Source: an uncultured virus (IMG/VR IMGVR_UViG_3300029319_005559)
Taxonomy: Duplodnaviria; Heunggongvirae; Uroviricota; Caudoviricetes
Direction: 5' to 3' (one strand)
Virus record (IMG/VR): IMGVR_UViG_3300029319_005559
Length of the DNA stretch: 64,000 bases
Of the stretch, positions 31,383 through 40,714 are shown piece after piece. Made by a program: the position numbers and the translations under genes. The notes below the pieces were generated by a model. That model saw nothing but the letters and a program-made list of their open reading frames with translations. It had not been told where the DNA came from and made no database searches. Numbering within the stretch: position 1 is the stretch's first letter; each line of letters begins with the position of its first letter.

Positions 31383-31929
31383 GGTTTATTAATATATCAT
31401 TAGATTTCATACAATAAAGAAGTTGCTCGCTTATTAAAAACTCAAACTCTCTTTTGTTTTTATAATTCACTATATCACCCTCACTTACATTTAATTTATT
31501 TAATTCTTCGTTACCATAAATTAGTACACCATAATTCTTTTTTCTAGAATCTGTTAAAAATGTATTATCACTTTGTAATGGTTTAACAAAACATCTATTA
31601 CCAAATGCTTTCCAACCATTATCATTATACATAAATATTTGATCTAGAGAAACAAAGTACTTATTATCTTTAAAGTAGGACCTAGAGTTTTTTTCAGTGC
31701 CTCTAATGTCATAAAAACGTCTAAATACATTATGATGTACTAGTAATAGATTACCAGCTTTTATATTTGTATCTAGGTTTACGGGAGTTGATATTACTTT
31801 TGCTATAACATTTACAAACTTGTGGTTTTCAATATTAGCATTTAATACCAACTCACTATCACCTATTTTAATTTTATTAGCGTATCTATCACCAACTGGT
31901 TCTACTATAAAATCATATAATGCTTTCAT
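31336..31929 (-). CDS. Protein with tandem GroES-like repeats
   Basis: MKALYDFIVEP...IKAGNLLLV and KAFGNRCFVKP...VSEGDIV...MKSNDIL each resemble Cpn10 strands. Confidence 0.5.
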   Translation of the reverse strand: MKALYDFIVEPVGDRYANKIKIGDSELVLNANIENHKFVNVIAKVISTPVNLDTNIKAGNLLLVHHNVFRRFYDIRGTEKNSRSYFKDNKYFVSLDQIFMYNDNGWKAFGNRCFVKPLQSDNTFLTDSRKKNYGVLIYGNEELNKLNVSEGDIVNYKNKREFEFLISEQLLYCMKSNDILINHGQQRNEKEYNPSWA

Positions 31930-32156
31930 GAATATGTCAAATCATATTCAACCGATATAGCCATATTCTTATTAAACTTTTTCCAAGGCAAAACTTCCTT
32001 GTTTTTAGTTATGTAAATATTATATGACTGATCATTATCTTCAAAAAGTATATCACATATATTGTGACCACCATAAACTTCTTGACCTATTGAATAATGC
32101 ATTGCATCGTTCTTATAATCAGAGCCAATACTAATTTTTCTAATTATACTTGACAT
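31926..32156 (-). CDS. Hypothetical protein
   Basis: ORF translationally coupled in the operon. Confidence 0.6.
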   Translation of the reverse strand: MSSIIRKISIGSDYKNDAMHYSIGQEVYGGHNICDILFEDNDQSYNIYITKNKEVLPWKKFNKNMAISVEYDLTYS

Positions 32157-32401
32157 TATACAGCAGCTACTGGAATTTCTTCTTCTATTTCTGTATATGT
32201 ACCATCTTCTAAATTAATATTAACAGCTCCATATTCTTTCTCAAGCTCTTGTTTAAACTCTTCTATATCTTGATTTACTCCTGCTATTTCGTGTAGTAAT
32301 CCGTGCTTGTTGGCTTCTAATACACCTATTTTATTTAGTAAATCGTTAAGGTTAGTTTGTTGTTCTTGAATTTTTTTTAATTGTTCTTCTTTTATTTTCA
32401 T
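32156..32401 (-). CDS. Small coiled-coil protein
   Basis: Heptad pattern; coupled ORF. Confidence 0.6.
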   Translation of the reverse strand: MKIKEEQLKKIQEQQTNLNDLLNKIGVLEANKHGLLHEIAGVNQDIEEFKQELEKEYGAVNINLEDGTYTEIEEEIPVAAV

Positions 32402-32425
32402 TTGATTAAATTTAATTGTTTTTTT

Positions 32426-33316
32426 TTATATCACTCTTGTGAATGTTATTTCAGGTGGTCTATTATCCCATGGAGCGCTAGCAGCAGCTCCACCTGGAAA
32501 CGGTCCGTTTCCACCTGCACCATCAATTCTTAATTGAACTTTAACAACGTCATTACCACTAAAGTTTTGAGTTAAACTTCCAGCCATAGATTGAACAAAG
32601 TTTGGATCACTGCCATATGCTGTAGTATAATCATGGCTATATAAAGGTATTATTGTTCCATTAATATCTAATGATAGTCTTGCTTGAACAAAGTTTATAA
32701 GATTAAATGAAGGGTATAAGACGTCAACTCTCCATATGCCTCCACCATTGTTACCTAATGTAAATGCAGATTCATTCGCAGGTGCAGGTGGTGTTAAGCC
32801 TGAAGGTGTAGTAGATATAACCCATTTTGTAGCTCCAGCAGTGTTGTTACTTTGATCTATAATAGGAGTACTATTAAATGGTAGAACTACATCTGTAGCA
32901 TTAGGTATATTATTATAAGCAGTTGAAGTTCCTTCCCATACAAACTGTTGAACAGCTTTCCACGTATTAGCTGATCCAGTACCACCATTAGTTATAGCTA
33001 ATACATTACTAACATCACTACCACTTAAATCAATACTACTTTGAACTCCAAAATTAGAAGTTCCACTTGCTTTAACAAACCCAGTTGCAAAACTTGTATT
33101 TCCTGTTCCACCTCTACTCACGGGTAATGTTCCAGTAGTGAAGTTACTTAAGCTTAAATTGTTTAATAAATCCGTATAAAAATTTGCTTTAGTAATATAA
33201 TAATTATCATTAGCTCCACCACTAAAAGGTGCACCAGTAGATTCAAAACCTACTAATCCCGAAAAATCATCTAAATTAGTTTTTGCAGTAAATTGTGAGA
33301 ATTTTTTATTTGCCAT
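32426..33316 (-). CDS. Fibre-like structural protein
   Basis: LPVSRGGTG and LAITNGGTG fibre repeats; beta-rich C-terminus. Confidence 0.6.
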   Translation of the reverse strand: MANKKFSQFTAKTNLDDFSGLVGFESTGAPFSGGANDNYYITKANFYTDLLNNLSLSNFTTGTLPVSRGGTGNTSFATGFVKASGTSNFGVQSSIDLSGSDVSNVLAITNGGTGSANTWKAVQQFVWEGTSTAYNNIPNATDVVLPFNSTPIIDQSNNTAGATKWVISTTPSGLTPPAPANESAFTLGNNGGGIWRVDVLYPSFNLINFVQARLSLDINGTIIPLYSHDYTTAYGSDPNFVQSMAGSLTQNFSGNDVVKVQLRIDGAGGNGPFPGGAAASAPWDNRPPEITFTRVI

Positions 33317-33326
33317 ATTGTTTTAT

Positions 33327-33491
33327 TTAAGGAGCTGTTTCTATCTCCATTTTATTTGAATTTTTTTGAAGTTCCAAGTCATCTCCATTTTCAGCTAATA
33401 TCAAATATGTAGCTGGTGGTGCGGGCGTACCGTTTGTTTGCCCTGGTAAATTTGATACCGATGGTAATATATAAGTATTTCCTATAAACAT
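33327..33491 (-). CDS. 54-aa protein not in the ORF track; possible fibre adaptor
   Basis: MFIGNTYILPSVSNLPGQTNG...; N-terminus is paralogous to that of 33813-35993. Confidence 0.7.
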   Translation of the reverse strand: MFIGNTYILPSVSNLPGQTNGTPAPPATYLILAENGDDLELQKNSNKMEIETAP

Positions 33492-33500
33492 ATTTTTATT

Positions 33501-33809
33501 TTAATCTGGTACTACTATAATTTCAGGATATAATCCAGAAGGTCCTGCTGTATAACCTGTAGCAGCTTCCATTTGTTCTTTATAAAAATTATCTTCTCCT
33601 ACAAACTCGTTAACTCTTTCTTCTAACTCTGTTTCATAATAAAATTTTTCAACTATAAAATCATTGTTACTAAAACAGAATTGTTTTCTATGATCTAAAA
33701 AACCAAACATTTGTATATATTGTTTGTTATTAGTAAACGCTTTCTGTAAAAAACTTTGTTGGTCATACACAAAAAACCATATATCTACATGATCACTTAC
33801 TACTCTCAT
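33501..33809 (-). CDS. Hypothetical protein
   Basis: ORF in the operon after the fibre gene. Confidence 0.55.
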   Translation of the reverse strand: MRVVSDHVDIWFFVYDQQSFLQKAFTNNKQYIQMFGFLDHRKQFCFSNNDFIVEKFYYETELEERVNEFVGEDNFYKEQMEAATGYTAGPSGLYPEIIVVPD

Positions 33810-33812
33810 AAT

Positions 33813-35993
33813 TTACGTTATTATTGGTCCACCATCGGCTATGACTCTAAATTTACCACCATTTTGAATCATATTAGCTGCGTAGTCTTTAGCAACTTGA
33901 GTTGTAAATATATTATAAAAACTTTGACTATCTGTTGTAGGATACGCTAAAGTTAATTGAGTTTCACTATCAACTGATTGTATTATATAATAACTTATAT
34001 TTGCATTGCTACTTGATTGCATCCTATAAATATCTCCTGCTACTACACCATCTGTTTGAAATGTTGCACTAGCATCTGTTATAGTTGTACTTCCTACAGG
34101 TACGCTGATAGCGCCTTGTCTAGTTGCGTATATATTTCCAGCATCCCATCTAGCGTTAACACCCATGTCTTGAACCATACCACCTGACGCGGGAAGTCCA
34201 GGCTGCGTAAGAGTTTTCATTCTATCTAATAATATAGCATAGTTAGCTTGTGAGATCTGAGGATTTCTGTCCCAAGTAAGTCTTGAGTTATCATCATTAG
34301 TTGTGGTTATGTAAGAAAAATCTATTGTACTCCAATCTATTTCGTTGAGATCATCATTATTATCAAACATCCTTTCTGCATAATACATACCTCCTGGAAA
34401 TGAACTCATTTTTATTTTACCAAACTCAGTTAACTGAAACATTTGACGAGTTTGAATGGTACTACTAGCAACATTAGGCCATGTTACACCTGTTAGGTCT
34501 ATATAATTGTCTGTTCCACCTATAGCTTCTGAATCAAAGAACATTGCATAAAATTGTGAACCACCAGTGCAATTAGATAAATCCCAATTTAAAGTTACAT
34601 TTTCTTTAAAAAATACTCTATAAAAACAAGCATTTATAGTTGTAACCGAAGACGTGTCCCAGTCTGAAAAATTAGGAGATGTTTCACCTGGATAGTTAGT
34701 ACCATGTATTTGAAACATATTACCAAAGTTACTTCCGCTTGTAACACCTGCATGCATAAAATCCGATGCCCAATTTTTACTAGGATCGTCATCTGGAAAT
34801 GTTAATTCTTGCGCGTACCTAGAAAATCTAAACGCGTTCAAAGGATAACCACTAGCAGCTTTCCATAAATTTAATCCTTTTATAAATCTAAAACCATTAT
34901 TTCTAGTTGCAACACTTTCTTGATTATGAAAATAATTAATATTTTCAACATTTATTCTTCCGCTTGGCCCAAGTTCTGCAGCTGTGAAATCTATTAACGT
35001 TGGATTACCTAAAATTTGTTGACACGCAAAACCAAAATCTATTCTGTGATCACCTATTTTCATACCCCAAGGTACCTCCATATTAGGAGTAGTAAATTCT
35101 GTTCCATTAAACCAATAGGATGCTATTAATTCTTTACTACTATCTATTGAACTTACATCATTATTGCTAAAGTCTAAAGATTTTATTTTCATCTTACGCA
35201 TGCAACCTTGTAGACTTATATCTCTTTGCAAGGCACCTGCTGTAGCTGTCCAAACATTATCTTTAAATATAATATCAGTACCTTCAGGACTTTGGAAACC
35301 TGCATAGTAAAACATGTTACTAGATGTACTTAAATAATTTATATGTCCATGTATGTTACCTGTGACTTCTAAATATTCTAAAGTTAAAACTCCTCTTAAT
35401 AAATCTGTAAAACTTTCAAACTTAGTATCTTTTAAAACAAATCTTTTTAACTTAGGACCTGAAGCAGTTGCACCTCCACCAGTGATGCTTGTAGCTGCAA
35501 AAGCTCTATAAAAACTATAGTTTAAAACACTACCACCTCTTGCTGGTACAGGACCTAAAGAACTTTCTTCCCATGGATAATTTATTATATCAGGTACCTT
35601 AGTTAATCTATCATGATCATTGAACATAGCATAAAAGGAATAAAAACCAGTTTTACCCCAGTTTAATACTTCAGTTATTTTTCTAGTAGTATAAGCTATA
35701 TTGTCGCTTCTCCATCCACCATACTGACCACTAATTCTTATTATATGATCACCAGCATCTGCATATGTATGTTCTTTTGTTTGAAGATTAACAACAGTTT
35801 CTACATTGCCATCACCCCAGTCAACCTCATAATTATACCAACTTGCTGGAGCTCCATTACCTCTTAACTTTATAGTTTCATTAGGAGCGTCTGTTTGCAT
35901 AATGAAAGCAAAGTCATCTCCATAATCTATGCCTCCGGATTGTCCAGGTAAGTTTACTATATTAGGTATAGTATAAGTATTACCTAATAACAT
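33813..35993 (-). CDS. PKD plus BspA/DUF285-like repeat fibre protein
   Basis: VDWGDG...HTYADAG (PKD); degenerate WDTSSVTTINACF-type repeats. Confidence 0.65.
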   Translation of the reverse strand: MLLGNTYTIPNIVNLPGQSGGIDYGDDFAFIMQTDAPNETIKLRGNGAPASWYNYEVDWGDGNVETVVNLQTKEHTYADAGDHIIRISGQYGGWRSDNIAYTTRKITEVLNWGKTGFYSFYAMFNDHDRLTKVPDIINYPWEESSLGPVPARGGSVLNYSFYRAFAATSITGGGATASGPKLKRFVLKDTKFESFTDLLRGVLTLEYLEVTGNIHGHINYLSTSSNMFYYAGFQSPEGTDIIFKDNVWTATAGALQRDISLQGCMRKMKIKSLDFSNNDVSSIDSSKELIASYWFNGTEFTTPNMEVPWGMKIGDHRIDFGFACQQILGNPTLIDFTAAELGPSGRINVENINYFHNQESVATRNNGFRFIKGLNLWKAASGYPLNAFRFSRYAQELTFPDDDPSKNWASDFMHAGVTSGSNFGNMFQIHGTNYPGETSPNFSDWDTSSVTTINACFYRVFFKENVTLNWDLSNCTGGSQFYAMFFDSEAIGGTDNYIDLTGVTWPNVASSTIQTRQMFQLTEFGKIKMSSFPGGMYYAERMFDNNDDLNEIDWSTIDFSYITTTNDDNSRLTWDRNPQISQANYAILLDRMKTLTQPGLPASGGMVQDMGVNARWDAGNIYATRQGAISVPVGSTTITDASATFQTDGVVAGDIYRMQSSSNANISYYIIQSVDSETQLTLAYPTTDSQSFYNIFTTQVAKDYAANMIQNGGKFRVIADGGPIIT

Positions 35994-35997
35994 AGTG

Positions 35998-36318
35998 TTA
36001 CAATAATGCTATAAGCTCACCTTCAGCTGAAACCCCTGTTACACTATTAACATTAGTTACCAATATAGGTAAAAATGATCCGGCTGCAATACCTTTAAAT
36101 GTTTGAGTATTACCACTCTCCATAGTTACATTAATTTCACTAATTGCTACACCAGCGAATAAACAAGCTCCTCTAGCTGGAGTTTCTGTTCCTGGTATTT
36201 GTGTAGTAATAAGAGCAGCACCATCCCACAAATCATATGTGTCATGAGCAAAAACCCTTACTTGTGAAGCGAAATCACCTTGTACATTTCTTTTAGGTGA
36301 AAATCTATTATCTGCCAT
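35998..36318 (-). CDS. Head spike base protein-like (Rcc01079 family)
   Basis: About 100 aa with VTMESG..TFKGIAAGSFLPILV..V..TG...LIAL pattern. Confidence 0.55.
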   Translation of the reverse strand: MADNRFSPKRNVQGDFASQVRVFAHDTYDLWDGAALITTQIPGTETPARGACLFAGVAISEINVTMESGNTQTFKGIAAGSFLPILVTNVNSVTGVSAEGELIALL

Positions 36319-36320
36319 TT

Positions 36321-36782
36321 TTATATTTTTTTACTTTTATGAAATACTTTTTCTGCGCCTCTAGATCCAAAGTACGCTACGTATACTGTTACTAACAATG
36401 TTTTCAGTAAATCTACCCAAGCAGTATCTACATCAAACAAAGTGTGAAAAGAATCTATAACTATTAATATGGTACAAGCTAATGTAAGAAAAACTAAAGT
36501 CATAGGTCTTACGTTTTTACTTAACCAAGAGTCAGCAGTCATGTCTGCTTTCCATCTTTCTGATACAGCTATAGCTTCGTACATATCTAGTTCAAGAAGC
36601 TTCATAGCTTCTTCCCTATCTTTTGGATGCATAGAAACATCTTTCTCCAGTAGGTTTTTTAATACACCTAATCCACCTTGATCAGGTAATATTCCACTAA
36701 CTCTATTGAGTAAGTCAGGTGCTCTTTCTTTTAAGAATACACCTACCTTAGTTTCTTTAAAAGCCTTTTTTTGTTTTTTCAT
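36321..36782 (-). CDS. Holin (3TM/GTA-type)
   Basis: RWKADM..DSWLSKNVRP followed by TM helices and AYFGSRG.EK. Confidence 0.7.
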   Translation of the reverse strand: MKKQKKAFKETKVGVFLKERAPDLLNRVSGILPDQGGLGVLKNLLEKDVSMHPKDREEAMKLLELDMYEAIAVSERWKADMTADSWLSKNVRPMTLVFLTLACTILIVIDSFHTLFDVDTAWVDLLKTLLVTVYVAYFGSRGAEKVFHKSKKI

Positions 36783-36811
36783 TAAATTAAATTTGATTTT
36801 ATTTTTATCTA

Positions 36812-37426
36812 CTAACCTCTATCAGCTTTTTTATCTACGCTTTCGTATTTCGTAAGACGTCCTTTTCTTTTTTGAGCTTTGTAAGCTTCTTTAGCGCTAT
36901 CTGATGAAACAGACTTATAACCTGGTAAAAATTTTCTTTTAACATAAGTACCAGCATATTGTTTACTAGGCTCTGCTTCTTCTACTACACTTGTCTTAGG
37001 TTTAGGAACGTCTAAAGCCATTACAGTAGATCTTACATTACCTTTTGTTTTTATAGATTCTGTTTTATAACCTTCTGATAAAGCATCTGCTTTTGACTTT
37101 CTTGCTGCTTCTGACGGTGATCCAACACTTGAAGCTGGTTTTAAAGGTTTTCCTTCTTCTGTTACTTGTGGCATAGCTATATGCTTACCAACTTGCTTAA
37201 CAGCTTTCTCACTCATACCATATTGCATTAGCATAGGATTTTGTGGTAACTTACCATCCATACGATCTTGATAAAGACCTGTTTTCATTTGCTTAGTTCC
37301 TGCTCTATCATCTACTGGCATATATTTAAGATCATCAGCTCTTTGCGTTTTTGCCGACTCTTGGTGCATGCCATACTTTTGTTGAGGTCCTAATTTTACC
37401 ATTTTTGTTTTACCTGGTTTTCCCAT
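36812..37426 (-). CDS. Basic low-complexity hypothetical protein
   Basis: K/Q/M-rich ORF. Confidence 0.5.
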   Translation of the reverse strand: MGKPGKTKMVKLGPQQKYGMHQESAKTQRADDLKYMPVDDRAGTKQMKTGLYQDRMDGKLPQNPMLMQYGMSEKAVKQVGKHIAMPQVTEEGKPLKPASSVGSPSEAARKSKADALSEGYKTESIKTKGNVRSTVMALDVPKPKTSVVEEAEPSKQYAGTYVKRKFLPGYKSVSSDSAKEAYKAQKRKGRLTKYESVDKKADRG

Positions 37427-37745
37427 TTTTTTTAATTTTTATTTCTTTTTTATATGCTTCTTGTTCCCATTGTAAACGTGGATTACCATCTTTTTTACCT
37501 CTGGGATATTTTTTACCCTTCCAATAAAAGAACTTATTGTCATAAGCTAGATCACCTCTTTTAATTTGATTAACGTGAACCATCTCATGACTCAAAGTGT
37601 TTAACTTTTGTTTTGGATCTGTTATATCTTTATTTAATATGATGTTACCACTATTAGTTGTAGCACCATTAATATTGCCTGACTCTCCAAAGTGAAATAC
37701 TGAAGTCCAATTAATTTTATACGGAGGGTCTAATTTAAAAGCCAT
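37410..37745 (-). CDS. Small HExxH metallopeptidase-like protein
   Basis: TLSHEMVHVNQ...WEQEAY. Confidence 0.6.
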   Translation of the reverse strand: MAFKLDPPYKINWTSVFHFGESGNINGATTNSGNIILNKDITDPKQKLNTLSHEMVHVNQIKRGDLAYDNKFFYWKGKKYPRGKKDGNPRLQWEQEAYKKEIKIKKNGKTR

Positions 37746-37927
37746 TACTTATTACAAACCTCGCAAGTAGGTCTTAACATAAATAAAAATTCTCTAACTG
37801 CAAAACCAAAGGCAATACCAGAATAAAATACATGACCTTCAGAAACCATGACAACTCCTATAGCAGCTACAGCAGCTGACTTAGCCCATGAAGAATTAAT
37901 AATTTTTTTTAATTGTTCCATATACAT
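37745..37927 (-). CDS. Small membrane protein
   Basis: Two hydrophobic segments; C-terminal CxxC. Confidence 0.55.
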   Translation of the reverse strand: MYMEQLKKIINSSWAKSAAVAAIGVVMVSEGHVFYSGIAFGFAVREFLFMLRPTCEVCNK

Positions 37928-38103
37928 TAGTGTTTATGTGAATGTCTTAATACTTTATGAACAGAAGAAAAATATCCTTCACCTGCTGCTACTTCTAAAG
38001 CTTTTTTCTTTTCGTAATTACCAGCTTTCTTGTGGCCAGTCTTATAATCGTGTATAGCGTTTCTTGCGTAGTCCTGCTCTACTCTTTGTTTAGATTTTTT
38101 CAT
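37927..38103 (-). CDS. 58-aa basic protein not in the ORF track
   Basis: MKKSKQRVEQDYARNAIHDYKTGH...HSHKH; abuts both neighbours. Confidence 0.6.
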   Translation of the reverse strand: MKKSKQRVEQDYARNAIHDYKTGHKKAGNYEKKKALEVAAGEGYFSSVHKVLRHSHKH

Positions 38104-38105
38104 AA

Positions 38106-38297
38106 TTATTTATTTGCTTGATATGCTGCCAATATTTCTTGACAATGTTCTTTGCTTTTACATTTTCTCCAAATGCCACCTTTTTTATTATTAAGTACAA
38201 CCCATTGGCCACCTCTTTGTACTATACAACCAGAACCACCTTCTGATTTTGCGCAGCCTTTTCCTTCTTGTCTTAATGCGTATCTTTTACTTGCCAT
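38106..38297 (-). CDS. Small basic Cys-containing protein
   Basis: Start reassigned to MASKRY; four Cys. Confidence 0.55.
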   Translation of the reverse strand: MASKRYALRQEGKGCAKSEGGSGCIVQRGGQWVVLNNKKGGIWRKCKSKEHCQEILAAYQANK

Positions 38298-38451
38298 TGT
38301 TATTATTTTTATATGGAAACCAGTCATTTAATACTGCTTGTCTATCTTTACAACCACATCCACCTGGTATCATATCAGCCATTTGCTTTATACCTGTAGC
38401 TTGTGTAAATCTAGCAACTGTGTCTCCTAGTCCTTTATCTTTTTTAAACAT
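38287..38451 (-). CDS. Small protein with GCGC motif
   Basis: KGLGDTVA...GCGCKDRQAVLN, a recurrent small phage protein pattern. Confidence 0.6.
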   Translation of the reverse strand: MFKKDKGLGDTVARFTQATGIKQMADMIPGGCGCKDRQAVLNDWFPYKNNNNGK

Positions 38452-38453
38452 AG

Positions 38454-38717
38454 TTAAAATCTTGAACAGCACCATCTCTTACGTGCAGCTTTTCCTCTTT
38501 CGCCTTTCCAACTTCTTGATCTACTACAAAAAGCTTTTTGTCTTTTATAAGCTTTAGTGCCTGGTTTAACATCACACTTAGTAACAGCTGTTTTAAGTTT
38601 ACTACCTGGATTTTTACGTCTATACTCAGCAACACCTTTCTTAGTCATGCCAGCACCTTCTTCTACCGTTCTAAAATTACGGCCTTTACCTTTAGTAGTT
38701 TTTCTAGGCTCTGACAT
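38454..38717 (-). CDS. Small highly basic protein (DUF6321-like)
   Basis: GAGMTKKGVAEYRRKNPGSKLKTAVT...FCSRS...RKRWCC. Confidence 0.6.
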   Translation of the reverse strand: MSEPRKTTKGKGRNFRTVEEGAGMTKKGVAEYRRKNPGSKLKTAVTKCDVKPGTKAYKRQKAFCSRSRSWKGERGKAARKRWCCSRF

Positions 38718-38839
38718 TACTTTTTCTTTTTCTTTTTCTTAGGTACACAGTTAGGAACTTTTTTACCGTTCTTTTTCTTCATGCCTATAGCTTCGTAACC
38801 TTTCCAGCAAGGATTTTTCATTTTCTTTTTTCTAGCCAT
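38717..38839 (-). CDS. 40-aa basic protein not in the ORF track
   Basis: MARKKKMKNPCWKGYEAIGMKKKNGKKVPNCVPKKKKKKK. Confidence 0.65.
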   Translation of the reverse strand: MARKKKMKNPCWKGYEAIGMKKKNGKKVPNCVPKKKKKKK

Positions 38840-39114
38840 TACTTGTCTTTTTTCTTATGTAATTCTTGATCTACTTCTCTACACCAGAAAAGTATTTCAT
38901 CAACTTTTTCTTCTAAGTCGTTAATATGTTCAGTCTGCCACTGCTGCTTTAAATCATATTCAATACGATCTATAACAGCTGGTGGTAACTTTCTAGCTTC
39001 TTCAATGTCTGATTGTAATGAATAATACATACCAACAAACATTGATGTTACAACGATTAAACTAATCACGGTTTTAAGATCTATCTTAAATTCAGTTCCT
39101 TCAGATATTTTCAT
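38839..39114 (-). CDS. Single-TM coiled-coil protein in the lysis region
   Basis: Start reassigned to MKISEG; TM helix followed by a coiled coil. Confidence 0.5.
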   Translation of the reverse strand: MKISEGTEFKIDLKTVISLIVVTSMFVGMYYSLQSDIEEARKLPPAVIDRIEYDLKQQWQTEHINDLEEKVDEILFWCREVDQELHKKKDK

Positions 39115-39511
39115 ATTCATTAGTAGCATCAAATGATGGACAGGCTTTATTAGCAAAGTCCTTATGTGAATGTATAACAGCATTAGGGTACATAGCTTTT
39201 AAAGTTCTAAGTACACATAGTAATGCTTCCTTTTGGCAATCGTATCTAGTATCTTTCGGAGTCTTACCATCTGCTTCAACGCCTCCGCAGTAGCATATCC
39301 CTATCGAATTACGATTGTGCCCCTTGCAGTGAGCTCCGATTTTACTTATATCTCTACCTTTGTGTATTTCTCCATACAGGTCGATATAGAAATGGTAACC
39401 AATATCATTAAAGCCTCTGGCTAAATGCCACTTTCTGATTTCAGCTACTTCAAAGTTTTCTCCTTCTCTTGTTGCAGAGCAATGTACAATGATTTTATTT
39501 ATTTCCCTCAT
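39101..39511 (-). CDS. Endolysin, N-acetylmuramoyl-L-alanine amidase (T7 lysozyme type)
   Basis: IIVHCSAT, IGYHFYI, GAHCKGHN, SIGICY and H...KACPSF Zn-ligand motifs. Confidence 0.9.
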   Translation of the reverse strand: MREINKIIVHCSATREGENFEVAEIRKWHLARGFNDIGYHFYIDLYGEIHKGRDISKIGAHCKGHNRNSIGICYCGGVEADGKTPKDTRYDCQKEALLCVLRTLKAMYPNAVIHSHKDFANKACPSFDATNEYENI

Positions 39512-39656
39512 GTTTTAGTTTCCACCATTTATGAACAGTATAGCCAAGCGTAGTGACTAATAATAATACTTTTAATATAGGTTCTAACCAATCAAGACTT
39601 GCTATAGTGAATGAAGTTATGTTCAGACAATATAACTTAAGATCATCAAGACCCAT
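39495..39656 (-). CDS. 53-aa holin-like membrane protein not in the ORF track
   Basis: MGLDDLKLYCLNITSFTIASLDWLEPILKVLLLVTTLGYTVHKWWKLKHEGNK; overlaps the amidase start. Confidence 0.55.
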   Translation of the reverse strand: MGLDDLKLYCLNITSFTIASLDWLEPILKVLLLVTTLGYTVHKWWKLKHEGNK

Positions 39657-39805
39657 TATTTCTGAGCGTTGAATACAGGGTTACCTTTATAAGTCGGTGA
39701 CTCAATTTCAAAATTCTTTGAAATTTCTTTTCTCATATATTTATCTTTTGGAAAAGGTGGGCAATTATGTATTGACACTTTTCCAGGGTGAATCTTTTTT
39801 TCCAT
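39656..39805 (-). CDS. 49-aa hypothetical protein not in the ORF track
   Basis: MEKKIHPGKVSIHNCPPFP...YKGNPVFNAQK; coupled to the next gene. Confidence 0.5.
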   Translation of the reverse strand: MEKKIHPGKVSIHNCPPFPKDKYMRKEISKNFEIESPTYKGNPVFNAQK

Positions 39806-39810
39806 TGTTA

Positions 39811-40281
39811 TTATTTTGTAAATGATTTTACTGATGCTTTTTCCCAGTCTTCAACTACTCCGTTATTATTTTTATCTGCTTTAACTGGGTCAAATTCTTC
39901 TTTTTGCATTAATCCATGTTGAGCTACACCAGCAATCATAGGATTACTCTTCATAGCTTTCTGCATAGAACCTTGTGCATAGTTAGGTCCAGACACTTGA
40001 TATAAGCTAGCAGATCTTGATTGAGTAAGTCCAGGTGTAATAGTAGGTGAACCAGTTACTGGATCTTCTTTCATAGGTTCCATAGTCTTGTTATTAGCTA
40101 TTGTTGTTAATGTATTGTTTATTTCATCTAGCTTTGCGTTTGTTTGATCTTCAGGATTTGCATATTCATTTATAGAGTCTATAGCTCCACCAAGTCCATC
40201 TTCTTTAAAACCTTCTATACCAGCTTTTATTGTACCGCCAGCATCAGCTAAATTCTTAATTGTATCAATAATTCCAAACAT
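39811..40281 (-). CDS. Hypothetical protein with C-terminal EF-hand-like loop
   Basis: DKNNNGVVEDWE; start likely MFGIID. Confidence 0.5.
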   Translation of the reverse strand: MFGIIDTIKNLADAGGTIKAGIEGFKEDGLGGAIDSINEYANPEDQTNAKLDEINNTLTTIANNKTMEPMKEDPVTGSPTITPGLTQSRSASLYQVSGPNYAQGSMQKAMKSNPMIAGVAQHGLMQKEEFDPVKADKNNNGVVEDWEKASVKSFTK

Positions 40282-40282
40282 A

Positions 40283-40714
40283 TTATCTTGTTTTATCTTG
40301 ATTAACATAGTCAATAGCCTTTTTCGTTACTTTATAAATATATCGACTATTGTTTTCAAATTGTTTTGTAGGCATATCTTCTTCACCTAGCATAATACGG
40401 TACATACGTGCAATCAGCTGTTTACACTTTACGGATACTTTGTATATGTTATACTTTTGGGTTGTGCGGTTTCTTTCTCTCCACACGTATATCCACCCTT
40501 CCTTTAACAACCTGTTCCAGCGTCTATTGTCCCAGCTATACGAGTACGTACCTTTTTTAAAATCATCCTTTGTAAAAAAATCTATAGCATCAAGATAGAT
40601 TAATAACTCAAGGTCTGCTTCTTTAATATTACAGGTTTTGCATGCCCATTTACGTATAATACGATAATGTTTTAATAAACCTCTTTCTTTTAAGTCTGTA
40701 GAATCTATTCTCAC
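40283..40714 (-). CDS. Putative winged-helix protein
   Basis: EADLELLIYLD...NRLLKEGWI...YKVSVKCK pattern. Confidence 0.45.
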   Translation of the reverse strand: MRIDSTDLKERGLLKHYRIIRKWACKTCNIKEADLELLIYLDAIDFFTKDDFKKGTYSYSWDNRRWNRLLKEGWIYVWRERNRTTQKYNIYKVSVKCKQLIARMYRIMLGEEDMPTKQFENNSRYIYKVTKKAIDYVNQDKTR

